A stretch of DNA of 64,000 nucleotides from an uncultured delta proteobacterium. GTDB taxonomy: Bacteria; Myxococcota; Myxococcia; Myxococcales; 40CM-4-68-19. The DNA is taken from positions 310,001-374,000 of the forward strand of contig CAIWCD010000013.1 of assembly GCA_903911145.1 (NCBI GenBank), read 5' to 3'. The translations under genes were made by a program, and so were the position numbers. The notes below the pieces were generated by a model. The model made no database searches, was not told where the DNA came from, and saw nothing but the letters and a program-made list of their open reading frames with translations. Positions within the stretch are counted from its first letter, which is position 1. Each line of letters opens with the position of its first letter. This document shows, piece by piece, positions 42,407 through 52,627 of the stretch.

Positions 42407-43711
42407 TTATTCGTCGCGCAGCGCAACCGCCGGATCCAGCTTGCTCGCCCGCGCCGCCGGATAGATCCCGAAGACGAGCCCGATCATCGTGCAGACCGCG
42501 AGCGACAATCCGACCGCCCAGAGAGGCACCTCGGTCGGCAATGTGAATCCGTAGCGCACGACCGCGCTCACCGCGTAGCCAAGCCCCACGCCGATGAAGC
42601 CGCCGATCAGCGAAAGCATCACCGCCTCGAAGATGAACTGCATGAGGATGCGCATGCGGCGCGCTCCGAGCGCTTTGCGCAGGCCGATCTCGCGCGTGCG
42701 CTCGGCGACCGCGACCAGCATGATGTTCATCACGCCGATGCCGCCGACGAGGAGAGAAAGCGCACAGACCGCGAGCATGAACATCTTCACCATGTCGGCG
42801 AGGTTGTCGAAGGTCTGCTGCATCGTCTCGTTCGAGTACATATCGAAGTCGTCGTCCTGATCCGCCGAGAGCCCGCGCACGACGCGGAATGCAGCGGTCG
42901 CCTGATCCATCAGACGCTTCAGGTTGGAACCGGACTCGGCCATGACGGTGATGTTGACCGAGCGGCCTGTGCCGTAGATCTCCATGAAGAGGCCGATGGG
43001 GATCGCGATCAGGTTGTCGGGATTTCCGCCGAACGGATTGCCGCCTTGCCGCTCGATGATGCCGATGACCTCGAGTTCGAGGTGGCCGAGGCGGACCTTC
43101 GCGCCGATCGGCTCGCGATCGGGGAAGAGCGAGTCGACGACGCCCGCGCCGAGCACCACCACCCGGCCTCCGCTCATTGCCTCGGATTCACCAAACCCGC
43201 GCCCACGGCCGATGGGAAGCGAGTTGTTGCCGAAGAACTCGCTCGTCCCGCCGGCAACCTGGATGCCCTGCGCAACGTTCTCGGTGGTCGAGACCTCCTT
43301 GCCGAAGTCCCAGACCTCGCCCCCGATCTGGTGCGCCTGCGGGAGCGATTCGCGCAACGCCATCGCCTGCGCGAGCGTGAGGTTCTTGCGCTTCTGGATC
43401 GCGGCCGACTCCGGACCGAAGTGAACCGCGGGCCACTTCTGGATCTGGAAGACGTTGGCGCCGAGGCCCCCCATTCCCTGGTTCATCGAGTTCTGCAGGC
43501 CCTGCGTCAGCGCCATCATCGAGATGACCGTGAAGACGCCGATGACGATCCCGAGCAGTGTCAGCGCGGCCCGGAGCTTGTGGCCGAACATCGACTGCAG
43601 CGCGAGGCGCAGATCATCGCGGCGCGCACCGACGGCAGACAGGAACCGCTCGACGCGTCCGGTTTGTGGGCGCGCGGTGCCGAACGATGACGAGCGCTGC
43701 AGTTCACTCAT
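42407..43711 (-). CDS. MacB/FtsX-like ABC permease
   Basis: LTLLGIVIG, GGIGVMNIM, ERTREIGLRKALGA, GIYPA. Confidence 0.93.
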   Translation of the reverse strand: MSELQRSSSFGTARPQTGRVERFLSAVGARRDDLRLALQSMFGHKLRAALTLLGIVIGVFTVISMMALTQGLQNSMNQGMGGLGANVFQIQKWPAVHFGPESAAIQKRKNLTLAQAMALRESLPQAHQIGGEVWDFGKEVSTTENVAQGIQVAGGTSEFFGNNSLPIGRGRGFGESEAMSGGRVVVLGAGVVDSLFPDREPIGAKVRLGHLELEVIGIIERQGGNPFGGNPDNLIAIPIGLFMEIYGTGRSVNITVMAESGSNLKRLMDQATAAFRVVRGLSADQDDDFDMYSNETMQQTFDNLADMVKMFMLAVCALSLLVGGIGVMNIMLVAVAERTREIGLRKALGARRMRILMQFIFEAVMLSLIGGFIGVGLGYAVSAVVRYGFTLPTEVPLWAVGLSLAVCTMIGLVFGIYPAARASKLDPAVALRDE

Positions 43712-45014
43712 GGCGCAGCGCCTCGATCGGTTGCAGCAAAGCCGCGCTGGCCGCGGGCCAGATGCCAAAGAGCAGTCCCGTGCCGATGGAGAAGCCAACG
43801 CCAAGCAGCAGCACCGACGGAGAGACAGCCGCAGACATCGGCGTCACCTGCGCGAGAAACCACGCGACGCCGATGCCGAGCGCAGTGCCGACCATTCCGC
43901 CCACGCAACTCACCGCCACGGCCTCGCAGAGAAACTGCAACAGGATCGTGCTGCGTCTCGCTCCGAGCGCGCGTCGCACGCCGATCTCGCGCGTGCGCTC
44001 CTTCACCGAGACGAGCATGATGTTCATGATCCCGATGCCGCCGACGAGCAGCGTGATGACGCCGATGAGGCCCGCGACCACCTTGAGCGCGAGCGTCGTC
44101 TGGTTGAACGACTGGAGGATCTTGTCCTGTCGGTTCACCGTGAAGTTGTCGTCCTGATCGGGAAGGATCCGGCGATACGTGCGCAGGACCTGAATCAGCT
44201 CCTCTTCCGTCTCGCGCACGCGGCCGATCGGCGCGACGGCGGCAATGGTCATCGAGCGCTTCGCGCCGAACGCCCGCCCGAATGACGAAAGAGGGAGAAT
44301 GAGCACCTTGTCCTGCGACTGGCCGAATGCGTTTCCTTTGCGCACCAGCGTGCCGACGACGGTGCAGCGGGACATCGGGCCTACCTTCAAGCGCCCGCCG
44401 AGAGGCTCCGCGTTCTTGAAGAACGCATCCTCGAGATCTGCGCCGATGATGCACGCATCCGTGCCGATCTCCTCGTCCACCGAGGTGAGGAAGCGGCCGT
44501 GCTTCACCTGGAAGCCACCCGACTCGAGGAACGCGTCGGTGGTGCCACGGATGTCGATGTTCTGCAGCTCGTGCTCGCCGATGCCGACCGTGCTTTGCGT
44601 GCCGACGATGGGAGCGACGGCCTCAGGCAATTTCGCCCCCGCGAGCAGCGCGCGATAGTCGCCGCGGCCCACACCCGGACGGTTGCGCAACTTCCACCAG
44701 TTCTCGCGATTCGATCCCCACGACCACTTCGAGACATAGAGGGTGTTGGGGCCGAGCATCGAGAGCTGCTTGGCGAACGAATCGTCGAGACCGGCGACGG
44801 CCGAGTAGATCGCGATGACCGTGCCGACGCCGATGGCGATGCCCGTGATGGTGAGCGCCGCGCGAAGCCGGTGCGCGACGAGCGAGGTGAGCGCCTGCAC
44901 GATCGCTTCGCGCAGCTCGCGAAAGATCCGCAGGATGCTGCGCCAGAAGCCGATGCGCTTGTGCTTGATGGGCGCGCGTTTCGGCGCGGCTGCGGGCAGC
45001 GTCGCTTCAGCCAT
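43704..45014 (-). CDS. MacB/FtsX-like ABC permease
   Basis: [23 protein letters not shown]. Confidence 0.93.
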   Translation of the reverse strand: MAEATLPAAAPKRAPIKHKRIGFWRSILRIFRELREAIVQALTSLVAHRLRAALTITGIAIGVGTVIAIYSAVAGLDDSFAKQLSMLGPNTLYVSKWSWGSNRENWWKLRNRPGVGRGDYRALLAGAKLPEAVAPIVGTQSTVGIGEHELQNIDIRGTTDAFLESGGFQVKHGRFLTSVDEEIGTDACIIGADLEDAFFKNAEPLGGRLKVGPMSRCTVVGTLVRKGNAFGQSQDKVLILPLSSFGRAFGAKRSMTIAAVAPIGRVRETEEELIQVLRTYRRILPDQDDNFTVNRQDKILQSFNQTTLALKVVAGLIGVITLLVGGIGIMNIMLVSVKERTREIGVRRALGARRSTILLQFLCEAVAVSCVGGMVGTALGIGVAWFLAQVTPMSAAVSPSVLLLGVGFSIGTGLLFGIWPAASAALLQPIEALRHE

Positions 45015-45810
45015 GGTGCGCGCCAGTCCCCGGCTCGCGCTGAGACAGCCCCGACGCCATCTGCTGTTGCGCTGCGAGAGCCGCCGCGGCAGCTGCGTCG
45101 ATGTCGCGCTGGTTTTCGAACGCGACGCGCTGGCCCTCTCCATCGGCGACGACAAGACCATCGACGACGCGGACCGCACGAGGACAGCGCGCCGCGAGCT
45201 TCGGTTCATGCGTCACGAGGACGATCGTGTTGCCCGCCGCGTGCAGCTCGAGAAAGAGCCGGATGATGTCCTCGCCCGTCGCGCTGTCGAGATTTCCCGT
45301 CGGCTCATCCGCAAGCAGCAGCGATGGATCGGTGACGAGCGCGCGCGCGATCGCCACGCGCTGGCGCTGCCCACCCGACAGCTCGGTCGGCTTGTGGTGC
45401 GTGCGATCCCCGAGCTGGACGCGGTCGAGCGCCGCCTTCGCCTTCTCGCGACGCTCTCTGGGAGAAACGCCGCGATAGATGAGAGGCAACTCGACGTTCT
45501 CCAGCGCGCTCGCCCGCGGCAGCAGCTGGAAGCTCTGGAAGACGAAGCCGATCTCGAGATTGCGCACGTCGGCGAGCTCGTCGTCGGCGAGCGTGCTGAC
45601 ATCGCGCCCACCGAGCAGATACGCGCCCGTCGTCGGCACATCGAGGCAGCCGAGAATGTTCATCAGCGTCGACTTGCCTGAACCCGACTGCCCGACGATG
45701 GCGACGAACTCGCCCTTCTCGATGTTGAAATCGATGTCGCGCAGCGCGTGGACCTTGCTCAGGCCCAGATCGTACGTCTTGGTGATGTGCTGCAGCTCGA
45801 TGAGGGCCAT
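45007..45810 (-). CDS. ABC ATP-binding protein (LolD/MacB-like)
   Basis: [18 protein letters not shown]. Confidence 0.96.
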   Translation of the reverse strand: MALIELQHITKTYDLGLSKVHALRDIDFNIEKGEFVAIVGQSGSGKSTLMNILGCLDVPTTGAYLLGGRDVSTLADDELADVRNLEIGFVFQSFQLLPRASALENVELPLIYRGVSPRERREKAKAALDRVQLGDRTHHKPTELSGGQRQRVAIARALVTDPSLLLADEPTGNLDSATGEDIIRLFLELHAAGNTIVLVTHEPKLAARCPRAVRVVDGLVVADGEGQRVAFENQRDIDAAAAAALAAQQQMASGLSQREPGTGAHHG

Positions 45811-45840
45811 GGTCTCTCTCGCGATCGTTCGTGAGTCGAA

Positions 45841-47181
45841 CTAGTTCGGACCGCCGCGAGGCCCCTTCTCGTCGTGCTTGCCACCGGGGGCATCCTTCTT
45901 CTGCTCTTCGATCATCTGCCCGTCCTGGAGCTCGCGCGCGAGCGTCCGATACGGCCCCTCGACGATCTGCTCGCCCTCTTTGATGCCTTCAATGATCTCG
46001 ATGTCGGTGCGGCTCGCGATCCCCGTCTTCACTTCGCGCATCTCCGCCTTGCCATCCTTCATCACGAAGACGACCTTGACGGGCTTGGGCTTCCCGGTCG
46101 CAGCCGCCGTCGGAGGCGCCGACGAATTGCTTTGAGTGCCAACAGTTGGTGTACCAACCTTCTCGACCTTCAGCTCTCCCTCGCGCGCAGGGCCCGACTG
46201 CTCCTTCTTCTTCGCCTCGCGCGAGGTGACCGATTCGATCGGCACGGTGACCACGTTGTCCCGCGTGGCCGTCGCAATCGAGACCGCGGCCGACATTCCC
46301 GGCAGCACGGATGATGTTGGATCGAGCACCGCGACGCGCACGTAGAAAGTCGTCACCTCGGCATCGGTACCGGGATTCTTGATCTGCGCATTCTTGCCAA
46401 CCGCAGCGACCTTGCCGTGGAACTGGTGGTCGGCGATTGCGTCGACATCGATCGTCGCTTCATCACCCTCGTGGATCGCGACCACCTCGTGCTCACCGAC
46501 CTCGGCCTTGACCTCCATGTTCTGCAGACCGCCCATCAGCAGCACGACGTCTTCCGAAAAATCGCTGCCGCGAATGCGCTCGCCAACTTTGTGGTCGAGT
46601 TCGAGAATCGTCCCGTCGAGCGGCGCGACCAGCGTGGTGCGCGAGAGGCTGTAGAGCGCGCTCTCGAGTTGCCCCTCGTTCGATTCGACCTGCTGCTTCT
46701 GCGCCGCAAGCCGCCCCTGATCGATCTTCAGCGTCGTCTCCACCTTCTCGAGAGAAGAGTCCGAATCGAGGTGGTCCGCGACGAGCGATTTCGTGCGCGC
46801 CAGATCGCGCTTGTCCTGATCGATCTGCGCGGTGAGTTGATCAATCTGGGCCTTGTTGCTCGCAACGCCGGCGCGAAACTGCGCGACCTGCGCCTGGTAG
46901 GAGCGCTTGTCGATCTGGCCGAGGAGTTGCCCCTTCTTCACCCGATCGCCCTCGCCCACCGCGAGCGAAATCAGATCGCCCGTGACGTTGCTCGAGACCT
47001 TGACCGTCTGCACGGCCTGCAGGTGGCCCGCGGCCGTCACCAGGCGCGTGACGTTCCCGCGCTTCGCAGCAGCGAGATTCACCTCGACAGCCGGAGGCGG
47101 ATGCGGCCGCAGTCCCTGCACAGTGGCGAAGCCGACCACGCCGATCACGATGGCGGCGAGAATCCAACGACCCAACGTCAT
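45841..47181 (-). CDS. Periplasmic adaptor (MFP, MacA-like)
   Basis: N-terminal TM, lipoyl-like VGEGDRVKKGQ, coiled coil, APLDG, PGMSA. Start could be up to 47214. Confidence 0.92.
   Translation of the reverse strand: MTLGRWILAAIVIGVVGFATVQGLRPHPPPAVEVNLAAAKRGNVTRLVTAAGHLQAVQTVKVSSNVTGDLISLAVGEGDRVKKGQLLGQIDKRSYQAQVAQFRAGVASNKAQIDQLTAQIDQDKRDLARTKSLVADHLDSDSSLEKVETTLKIDQGRLAAQKQQVESNEGQLESALYSLSRTTLVAPLDGTILELDHKVGERIRGSDFSEDVVLLMGGLQNMEVKAEVGEHEVVAIHEGDEATIDVDAIADHQFHGKVAAVGKNAQIKNPGTDAEVTTFYVRVAVLDPTSSVLPGMSAAVSIATATRDNVVTVPIESVTSREAKKKEQSGPAREGELKVEKVGTPTVGTQSNSSAPPTAAATGKPKPVKVVFVMKDGKAEMREVKTGIASRTDIEIIEGIKEGEQIVEGPYRTLARELQDGQMIEEQKKDAPGGKHDEKGPRGGPN
46131..46161. repeat. Two palindromic units inside the MFP gene
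   Basis: TTTGAGTGCCAA-cag-TTGGTGTACCAA-cctt; 46132-46161 matches the reverse complement of 15271-15300 at 27/30 positions. Confidence 0.8.
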
Positions 47182-47238
47182 CTCATTCTCCGAGCGGCCG
47201 GACATCGCGGCCACGTCAAGTTGCGATTGCTACGAAAC

Positions 47239-48720
47239 TCACCCACCGATGTTTCGCACCGGCACCGAAATCTCGTTCGTCCCGCTCGCCGCAGACGTAC
47301 CGAGCGACTGAGGATCCGCGCCCATCGCCCGCTTGAGCGCAGCCAGTTGCTCGCGTCCATCGACGAGCGCGTTGACGTGAGCGAGTTGCGCCTGCGTCAG
47401 CTTGAGCTCTGCATCGCGAACATCGAGCACCGTGCCGACGCCAACGGCCTGCCGCGCCTTCGCCAGCCGCAGCCCCTCGCGAGCCGTGTCCTCCGACTGC
47501 CCCGCCACCTGCGCCCTCTGACGCGCGCCCGCGAGATTCGAGATCGCCGTGTTCACATCTGACGCGACCTGCCGCTTGCCCTGCATCAGATCGTTCTCGT
47601 TCGACTCCGCGAGCAGCTCGGAACGACGGATGCTCGACTGATCCGCGAAGCCGTTGAAGATGTTCCAGTTCAACACCAGCGTGGCGCTGAGATTGCTCTT
47701 CTCTCCGGGCGGCGCGACGATATCGCCGATGTTCTGCGAGTTGCGCGTGTAGCCAGCCTGGGCGCTCAGGCTCGGGTAGTAGCGCCCCTTCAATCCCGTC
47801 GTGGTCTTGCGCGTCGCCGCAAGCGCGTGCTCGTAGGCGCGAAGACTCGGCCGCGTCGAGAGTGCGAGCTCCACCGCGCGCGCAGCCGGAGGGGGAGGCA
47901 GCGGAAGCTCCTTCAGTTCGCTCGGCTCGACGATCGCGAGCGGCGTCGACGGGTCAGCTCCGAGGAGCGTCGCAAGCGCGAATCGATTCTGCTCGACGAG
48001 CGCGGTCCCCGAGAGCCGGTTGAGTTCGTCGTTGTCGCGATTGGAGCGCGACGCATAGACGTCCGCCTGCGCGGCCTTGCCTCCGGCATAGAGCTTCTCT
48101 TCAAACTCAGTCTGGTCGCGGCTCCGGCGGGCTGCATCCTCGAGCACCGCGAGCTGCTTCTGCGCGCGCACCAACTCGAGAAACGCCTGCGTCACCTGGT
48201 AGGTCGTCTGCAGCCGCTGCTCTTGCGCGGTCTCCTGCTGCGCGTGAAACGAAAGCGCGGCGGCCTCGAGGTTGTTCCACCAGGCGCCGCCGTCGAAGAT
48301 CAGCTGCGAGAAGGTCAGGCCAAATCCAAAATTGCCGTAGACCGAAGCGGGCTGCGCGGGGATCTGCACGACGTGACCGAGCAGCGTGCTCGTCTGAGCG
48401 TCGCTGCTTCCAGAGCGGTTCACCCCCGTGGAGGCGTTGAAATTCAAGTTGGGCAGAATCGCCGCGCGCGTGGAGAGATACGACTGCTCGGACTGCAGCG
48501 CGGTCAGCGAGGCCATCAGCACGTCGTGGTTGCGCGCAAGCGCGAGCTCAACCGCGTCCGCAAGCGACAGCGGGCCGCTCTGTTGCGTGGGCGTCGCCGC
48601 GCTGCCATTCGACGCGGGCGAGGGCCCAGGCGTGGAGGTTTCGACAGCGGAATCTGCGCGGACATTCCCGGCGAGCAGCAGAGCCGCGAGGGGCAGCGAA
48701 GCAAGTCGACGAGCGAGCAT
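47239..48720 (-). CDS. TolC-family outer membrane protein
   Basis: Signal peptide, LSLADAVELAL, PNLNF, IFDGG, and operon context. Confidence 0.9.
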   Translation of the reverse strand: MLARRLASLPLAALLLAGNVRADSAVETSTPGPSPASNGSAATPTQQSGPLSLADAVELALARNHDVLMASLTALQSEQSYLSTRAAILPNLNFNASTGVNRSGSSDAQTSTLLGHVVQIPAQPASVYGNFGFGLTFSQLIFDGGAWWNNLEAAALSFHAQQETAQEQRLQTTYQVTQAFLELVRAQKQLAVLEDAARRSRDQTEFEEKLYAGGKAAQADVYASRSNRDNDELNRLSGTALVEQNRFALATLLGADPSTPLAIVEPSELKELPLPPPPAARAVELALSTRPSLRAYEHALAATRKTTTGLKGRYYPSLSAQAGYTRNSQNIGDIVAPPGEKSNLSATLVLNWNIFNGFADQSSIRRSELLAESNENDLMQGKRQVASDVNTAISNLAGARQRAQVAGQSEDTAREGLRLAKARQAVGVGTVLDVRDAELKLTQAQLAHVNALVDGREQLAALKRAMGADPQSLGTSAASGTNEISVPVRNIGG

Positions 48721-49461
48721 CTAACCTCCGAGATGAAATGCGCAGGCGAGCAGAAGTCGCCAGAGTGTCCACGCGACGAGCGAGGCAATGACTGCCGAGC
48801 GGCGCGAAAGATTCGCGGCGGTGGCGAGCCCGAAGCCGAGCAGCAGCGCGGACCAGAGAGAGAAAAGGTCGAGCGCGTTGCCAAGCGGCGCGAGCGGTCC
48901 GCTGATCGAATGGCCGAAGTGCGCGAGGATCTGGTTGAGCGTCCGCGGGATCAGCGGAGGGCCGTGCGTCTCGATCGTGCTGTGCATCCAGACTGCGCCA
49001 GCCGAGAGGAGATCGCTCACCGCAGATGGAATCAGCGCGGCTCCCGCAACCGCGCTCATCTGCCCGCCCTGCGAGCGGCCGCGCAGGAACCAGGCGAGAA
49101 TGTAGAGCGAAACGAGATAGACGAGGCACAGCAGCGGCGGGCGGAAGATCGAGGCGGCCACCGTCTTGACGATGAACTTGCGGTCGGCGGCCTTCGCCTG
49201 GTCCTCGACCTGGCGATCGCTCATGTCCTTCAGCTGGCCGGTCATCTCCAGCTCCTGCAGCGTCTCCGCGTGAGCATCGACGCGCATCGCCTGCATTCCC
49301 GAGAGCGACAGCGCGCAGACCATCGCGAACAACAGCGCCCAACGGGCCTTGCTCTCGCGCGCAACGCGCGGCATGCCAACATCGGGGGCGAGCAGCGCAA
49401 CGAGCGGAGCGGGAACCCGACTTGGAGCGCTCGATGAGACAGCGGACGCGGGCGGCGTCAT
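48721..49461 (-). CDS. Yip1-family membrane protein
   Basis: Several TM segments, DLFSLW; first gene of the exporter operon. Confidence 0.7.
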   Translation of the reverse strand: MTPPASAVSSSAPSRVPAPLVALLAPDVGMPRVARESKARWALLFAMVCALSLSGMQAMRVDAHAETLQELEMTGQLKDMSDRQVEDQAKAADRKFIVKTVAASIFRPPLLCLVYLVSLYILAWFLRGRSQGGQMSAVAGAALIPSAVSDLLSAGAVWMHSTIETHGPPLIPRTLNQILAHFGHSISGPLAPLGNALDLFSLWSALLLGFGLATAANLSRRSAVIASLVAWTLWRLLLACAFHLGG

Positions 49462-49708
49462 TGCAACCTCGACAGGAAGGGACACGCGGGCTCCTCGCAC
49501 GCTTCGTCGAAAGAGCGCGACGGATGAACGCAGATGGCGGCGCTCACCCAGTACGCTCGGCCCCTCGGGAATATTTCGTGCGCCCTTTTCGCACAGCCGG
49601 TCGCCGAATGGGAGCGGCGCGACACGAATTGAGCCGATCGCGAACTTGTCACCAAGACGAGCGCACCTCAGGGATGACATTGCTCGGGCACGCAGTTAGA
49701 GTCCGTGC

Positions 49709-49849
49709 ATGCGCGCACCTCTCGAGCCCCGGAAGAAGGTTCAGTTGGTGGTGGCTGCACTCCTCGTGCTGATGTGCGCGAGCGTGGCGATGATGTACCG
49801 CTCAGGGCCACCGCGCGGGCAGCTCTACGCGATGCTCCAGCGGCACTAG
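49709..49849 (+). CDS. 46-aa single-TM small protein (absent from ORF track)
   Basis: MRAPLEPRKKVQLVVAALLVLMCASVAMMYRSG...; ATGACA-N17-TAGAGT-N6-ATG. Confidence 0.5.
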   Translation: MRAPLEPRKKVQLVVAALLVLMCASVAMMYRSGPPRGQLYAMLQRH

Positions 49850-49896
49850 TTCGGCGTCGCGCCCCGCGACAGGAACGGCGAACCCATCCACAACCG

Positions 49897-50997
49897 CTAC
49901 GCTGCCGGGCCCGGTTCGCCGTGCGGGTCCTTGAACGCTTCGAAGCGCTTCTTGTCGACGACGATGTCGGTGACCGCTTCCAGCGCGACTTTGCCGTCCT
50001 TCACCGCCGCGAAGAGCGCATCATCCATCGTCTGCATTCCCTGCGACTTGCCCGCCTGGATCGCGTTCGCGATCATCGACGTGTTGCCCTCGCGGATGAG
50101 GTTCGAGAGCGCGCTGGTGCGCAGGAGGATCTCGTGAACGGCGAGGCGACCCTTGCCCTCTTTGCGCGGCATCAGGAGCTGCGCGACGACGCCGCCGAGT
50201 GACTCAGCGAGCGACGCCCGCGCCTGCGGTTGCTCCTCTTCGGGAAATGCGTCGACCACGCGTGCGATTGTCTTGGCCGCCGAGTTGGTGTGCAGCGTGC
50301 CGAAGACGAGGATGCCCATTTCGGCCGCCGCCAGCGCGAGCGCGATGGTCTCACGGTCGCGCATTTCGCCGACGAGCAGCACGTCGGGATCTTCGCGCAC
50401 TGCGCTCTTGAGCGCCTCGGCGAACGAGCGCGCGTGCTGGCCGATCTCGCGCTGCGAGAGGAGCGACTTCTTGCGCGGATGGACGAACTCGAGCGGGTCC
50501 TCGATGGTGATGATGTGGCGCGAGTACTTGGTGTTGATCGCGTCGATCACTGCAGCCATCGTCGTCGACTTGCCCGAACCCGTCGGCCCGGTGACCAGCA
50601 CGAGACCGCCCGCGAGGTCGGCGAGGCGGTGCAGCGCAGGCGGCGCACCGAGATCGTCAAGCGTGAGGATCTTCTCCGGGATCACACGCATCACCGCGCC
50701 CGGGCCGTTCTCCTGCCGGAAGAAGTTCACGCGAAAGCGCGCCAGCCCCGCGATGGAGTAGGCGAAGTCGTGATCGCCGTTCTCCTCGAAGGGGGACATG
50801 TGGTGCCCCGCCATCTCGGCGAGAATCTGCGTGAGCCGCGGCGCATCGAGCACTGTCGGCGCGAGCGCAACGAGTGAACCATCGAGGCGCAGGAGCGGAG
50901 GCCTGCCCGCGGCGAGATGAAGATCGCTTGCCTTGCGCTGCACCAGTTCGCGCAGCCACCGATCAATCTGCGGCGGCTGTCCAGTCGGAGGAGGCAT
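49897..50997 (-). CDS. PilT/PilU-family ATPase
   Basis: ASDLHL, GPTGSGKST, EDPLE, GEMRD, GTLHT, ALSNLIRE, GMQTMD. Confidence 0.92.
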   Translation of the reverse strand: MPPPTGQPPQIDRWLRELVQRKASDLHLAAGRPPLLRLDGSLVALAPTVLDAPRLTQILAEMAGHHMSPFEENGDHDFAYSIAGLARFRVNFFRQENGPGAVMRVIPEKILTLDDLGAPPALHRLADLAGGLVLVTGPTGSGKSTTMAAVIDAINTKYSRHIITIEDPLEFVHPRKKSLLSQREIGQHARSFAEALKSAVREDPDVLLVGEMRDRETIALALAAAEMGILVFGTLHTNSAAKTIARVVDAFPEEEQPQARASLAESLGGVVAQLLMPRKEGKGRLAVHEILLRTSALSNLIREGNTSMIANAIQAGKSQGMQTMDDALFAAVKDGKVALEAVTDIVVDKKRFEAFKDPHGEPGPAA

Positions 50998-51000
50998 CGG

Positions 51001-52551
51001 CTAGACCTTTCCTGGGCCGTTGGGGATCAGCGCGGGATTCTCCGCGACCCGCCTGGCCTCGTCGGGAGCGACGCGGCCCGAGAGGACCAACTCGCGCAGC
51101 GAGTCGTCCATCGTCCGCATGCCCTGCGATTTTCCCGTCTGCATCGCAGAGCGGACCTGGAACATCTTGTCGTCGCGGATGAGGTTGCCGATCGCCGGCG
51201 TGATGACGAGCAACTCGAGTGCAATCGCGCGGCCGCCATCGATCGTCGGCACCAGCCGTTGCGTAATGACTCCGTGGAGCGACTCGCTGACCATCGAGCG
51301 GACCTGCGTCTGCTGCGCTGGAGGGAACGCGCCGAGGATGCGCGAGATGGCGCGCACAGCGGACGCGGTGTTCATGGAGCCGAGCACGAGGTGGCCCGTC
51401 TCCGCGGCGGTGACCGCGAGAGAGATCGTCTCGGCGTCGCGCAGATCACCGACGACGATGACATCGGGATCCTCGCGCAGCGCCCCGCGAAGTGCGCGCG
51501 CGAACGAGTTGGTGTCGCGCCCGACCTGCCTCTGGTTGACGAGCGCCATCTTCGGCGAGTGGAGAATTTCGACCGGATCCTCGAGGCAGAGGATGTGCTC
51601 GGCCCGCTCCTGCGCGATGAGATTGACGAGCGCGGCAAGCGTGCTGGTCTTGCCGCTGCCGGCGAGTCCCGTGACCAGAACCATCCCCTGCGCGTACTCG
51701 ACAAACGAGGCGAGTTGCTCGGGAAGACCGAGCTCAGCCAGGCTGGGCGCGGTCCGGCGCACCAGACGGAAGGTCGCGTTGGTGCCCGTGTTGGTGACGT
51801 AGAGATTCCCGCGCGCGCGCAGACCGCTCGGCGTCGTGCAGAGCAGGTCGAAGGACATCTCGGTGTCGAAGCGCGCGCGCTGATCGGGCGTGAGCAACTC
51901 GCGAAGCTGTCCATCGAGTTCGCGCGCGTCGAGCAACGCGGTCGTGCCGGTGAGCAGCCGACCGCCCGTGCGCAGCGCAAGCGGCGAGCCGGGATGGAAG
52001 TGCACGTCGGAGGCGCCGCGCTTCTCGGCCGCTTCGAGGATGCTGAGAATGCGGGCCGCACCTGGGCCGCCCGCGGGTGCGATCCGTGAGGCCGCGGGAG
52101 GAACAGAGACGGGCGCAGACGGAGGGGGCGCGCTGATCGCGGCGGGGCGCGGAGGAGCGCTGGGCCGCGCTGGAGGCAGAGGAGCGCTGAACTGTACCGG
52201 CGCGAGCTCGGGGGAAGTCGAGTCGTCTGCTGGCGGCGGAGGTGGGGGCGGAGGCGCGGACGTCCTCGCCGGGCGTCCGGGCGAGGAGATTGCCGCGGGC
52301 CGCGCGCTCAACGAGTTCACGGGACGCGCAGCGGGAGCCGCACTGGGCGCGGACTTGCGCATCTCGAGCAGATCCAGGAGTTCGCGCAACTGCGCATCGG
52401 TCACGAGTCCGCGATGGACGAGCAGCGCGCCGAGGTTGTGCCGCCCACCGAGCTGCGCCTGCACCTTCAGGCAGAGGTCGATGTCAGCTTGCGTAGCGAA
52501 CCCGCGCTCCACTGCGAGTCGGCCAATCTGGGTCGATGCGTCGTCAGGCAT
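51001..52551 (-). CDS. PilT-family ATPase with MshEN-like N-domain and Pro-rich linker
   Basis: ASDVH, GSGKTST, EDPVE, GDLRD, AIGNLIRD; tandem GxLxVxxG repeats at the N-terminus. Confidence 0.88.
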   Translation of the reverse strand: MPDDASTQIGRLAVERGFATQADIDLCLKVQAQLGGRHNLGALLVHRGLVTDAQLRELLDLLEMRKSAPSAAPAARPVNSLSARPAAISSPGRPARTSAPPPPPPPPADDSTSPELAPVQFSAPLPPARPSAPPRPAAISAPPPSAPVSVPPAASRIAPAGGPGAARILSILEAAEKRGASDVHFHPGSPLALRTGGRLLTGTTALLDARELDGQLRELLTPDQRARFDTEMSFDLLCTTPSGLRARGNLYVTNTGTNATFRLVRRTAPSLAELGLPEQLASFVEYAQGMVLVTGLAGSGKTSTLAALVNLIAQERAEHILCLEDPVEILHSPKMALVNQRQVGRDTNSFARALRGALREDPDVIVVGDLRDAETISLAVTAAETGHLVLGSMNTASAVRAISRILGAFPPAQQTQVRSMVSESLHGVITQRLVPTIDGGRAIALELLVITPAIGNLIRDDKMFQVRSAMQTGKSQGMRTMDDSLRELVLSGRVAPDEARRVAENPALIPNGPGKV

Positions 52552-52627
52552 GCGCCGCGGACCTTAGCGCGCAATCAGCGCGTTCGCGCGAGAGAGACGC
52601 CTTCGATGCGCGCACCGGCGCTCCCTC

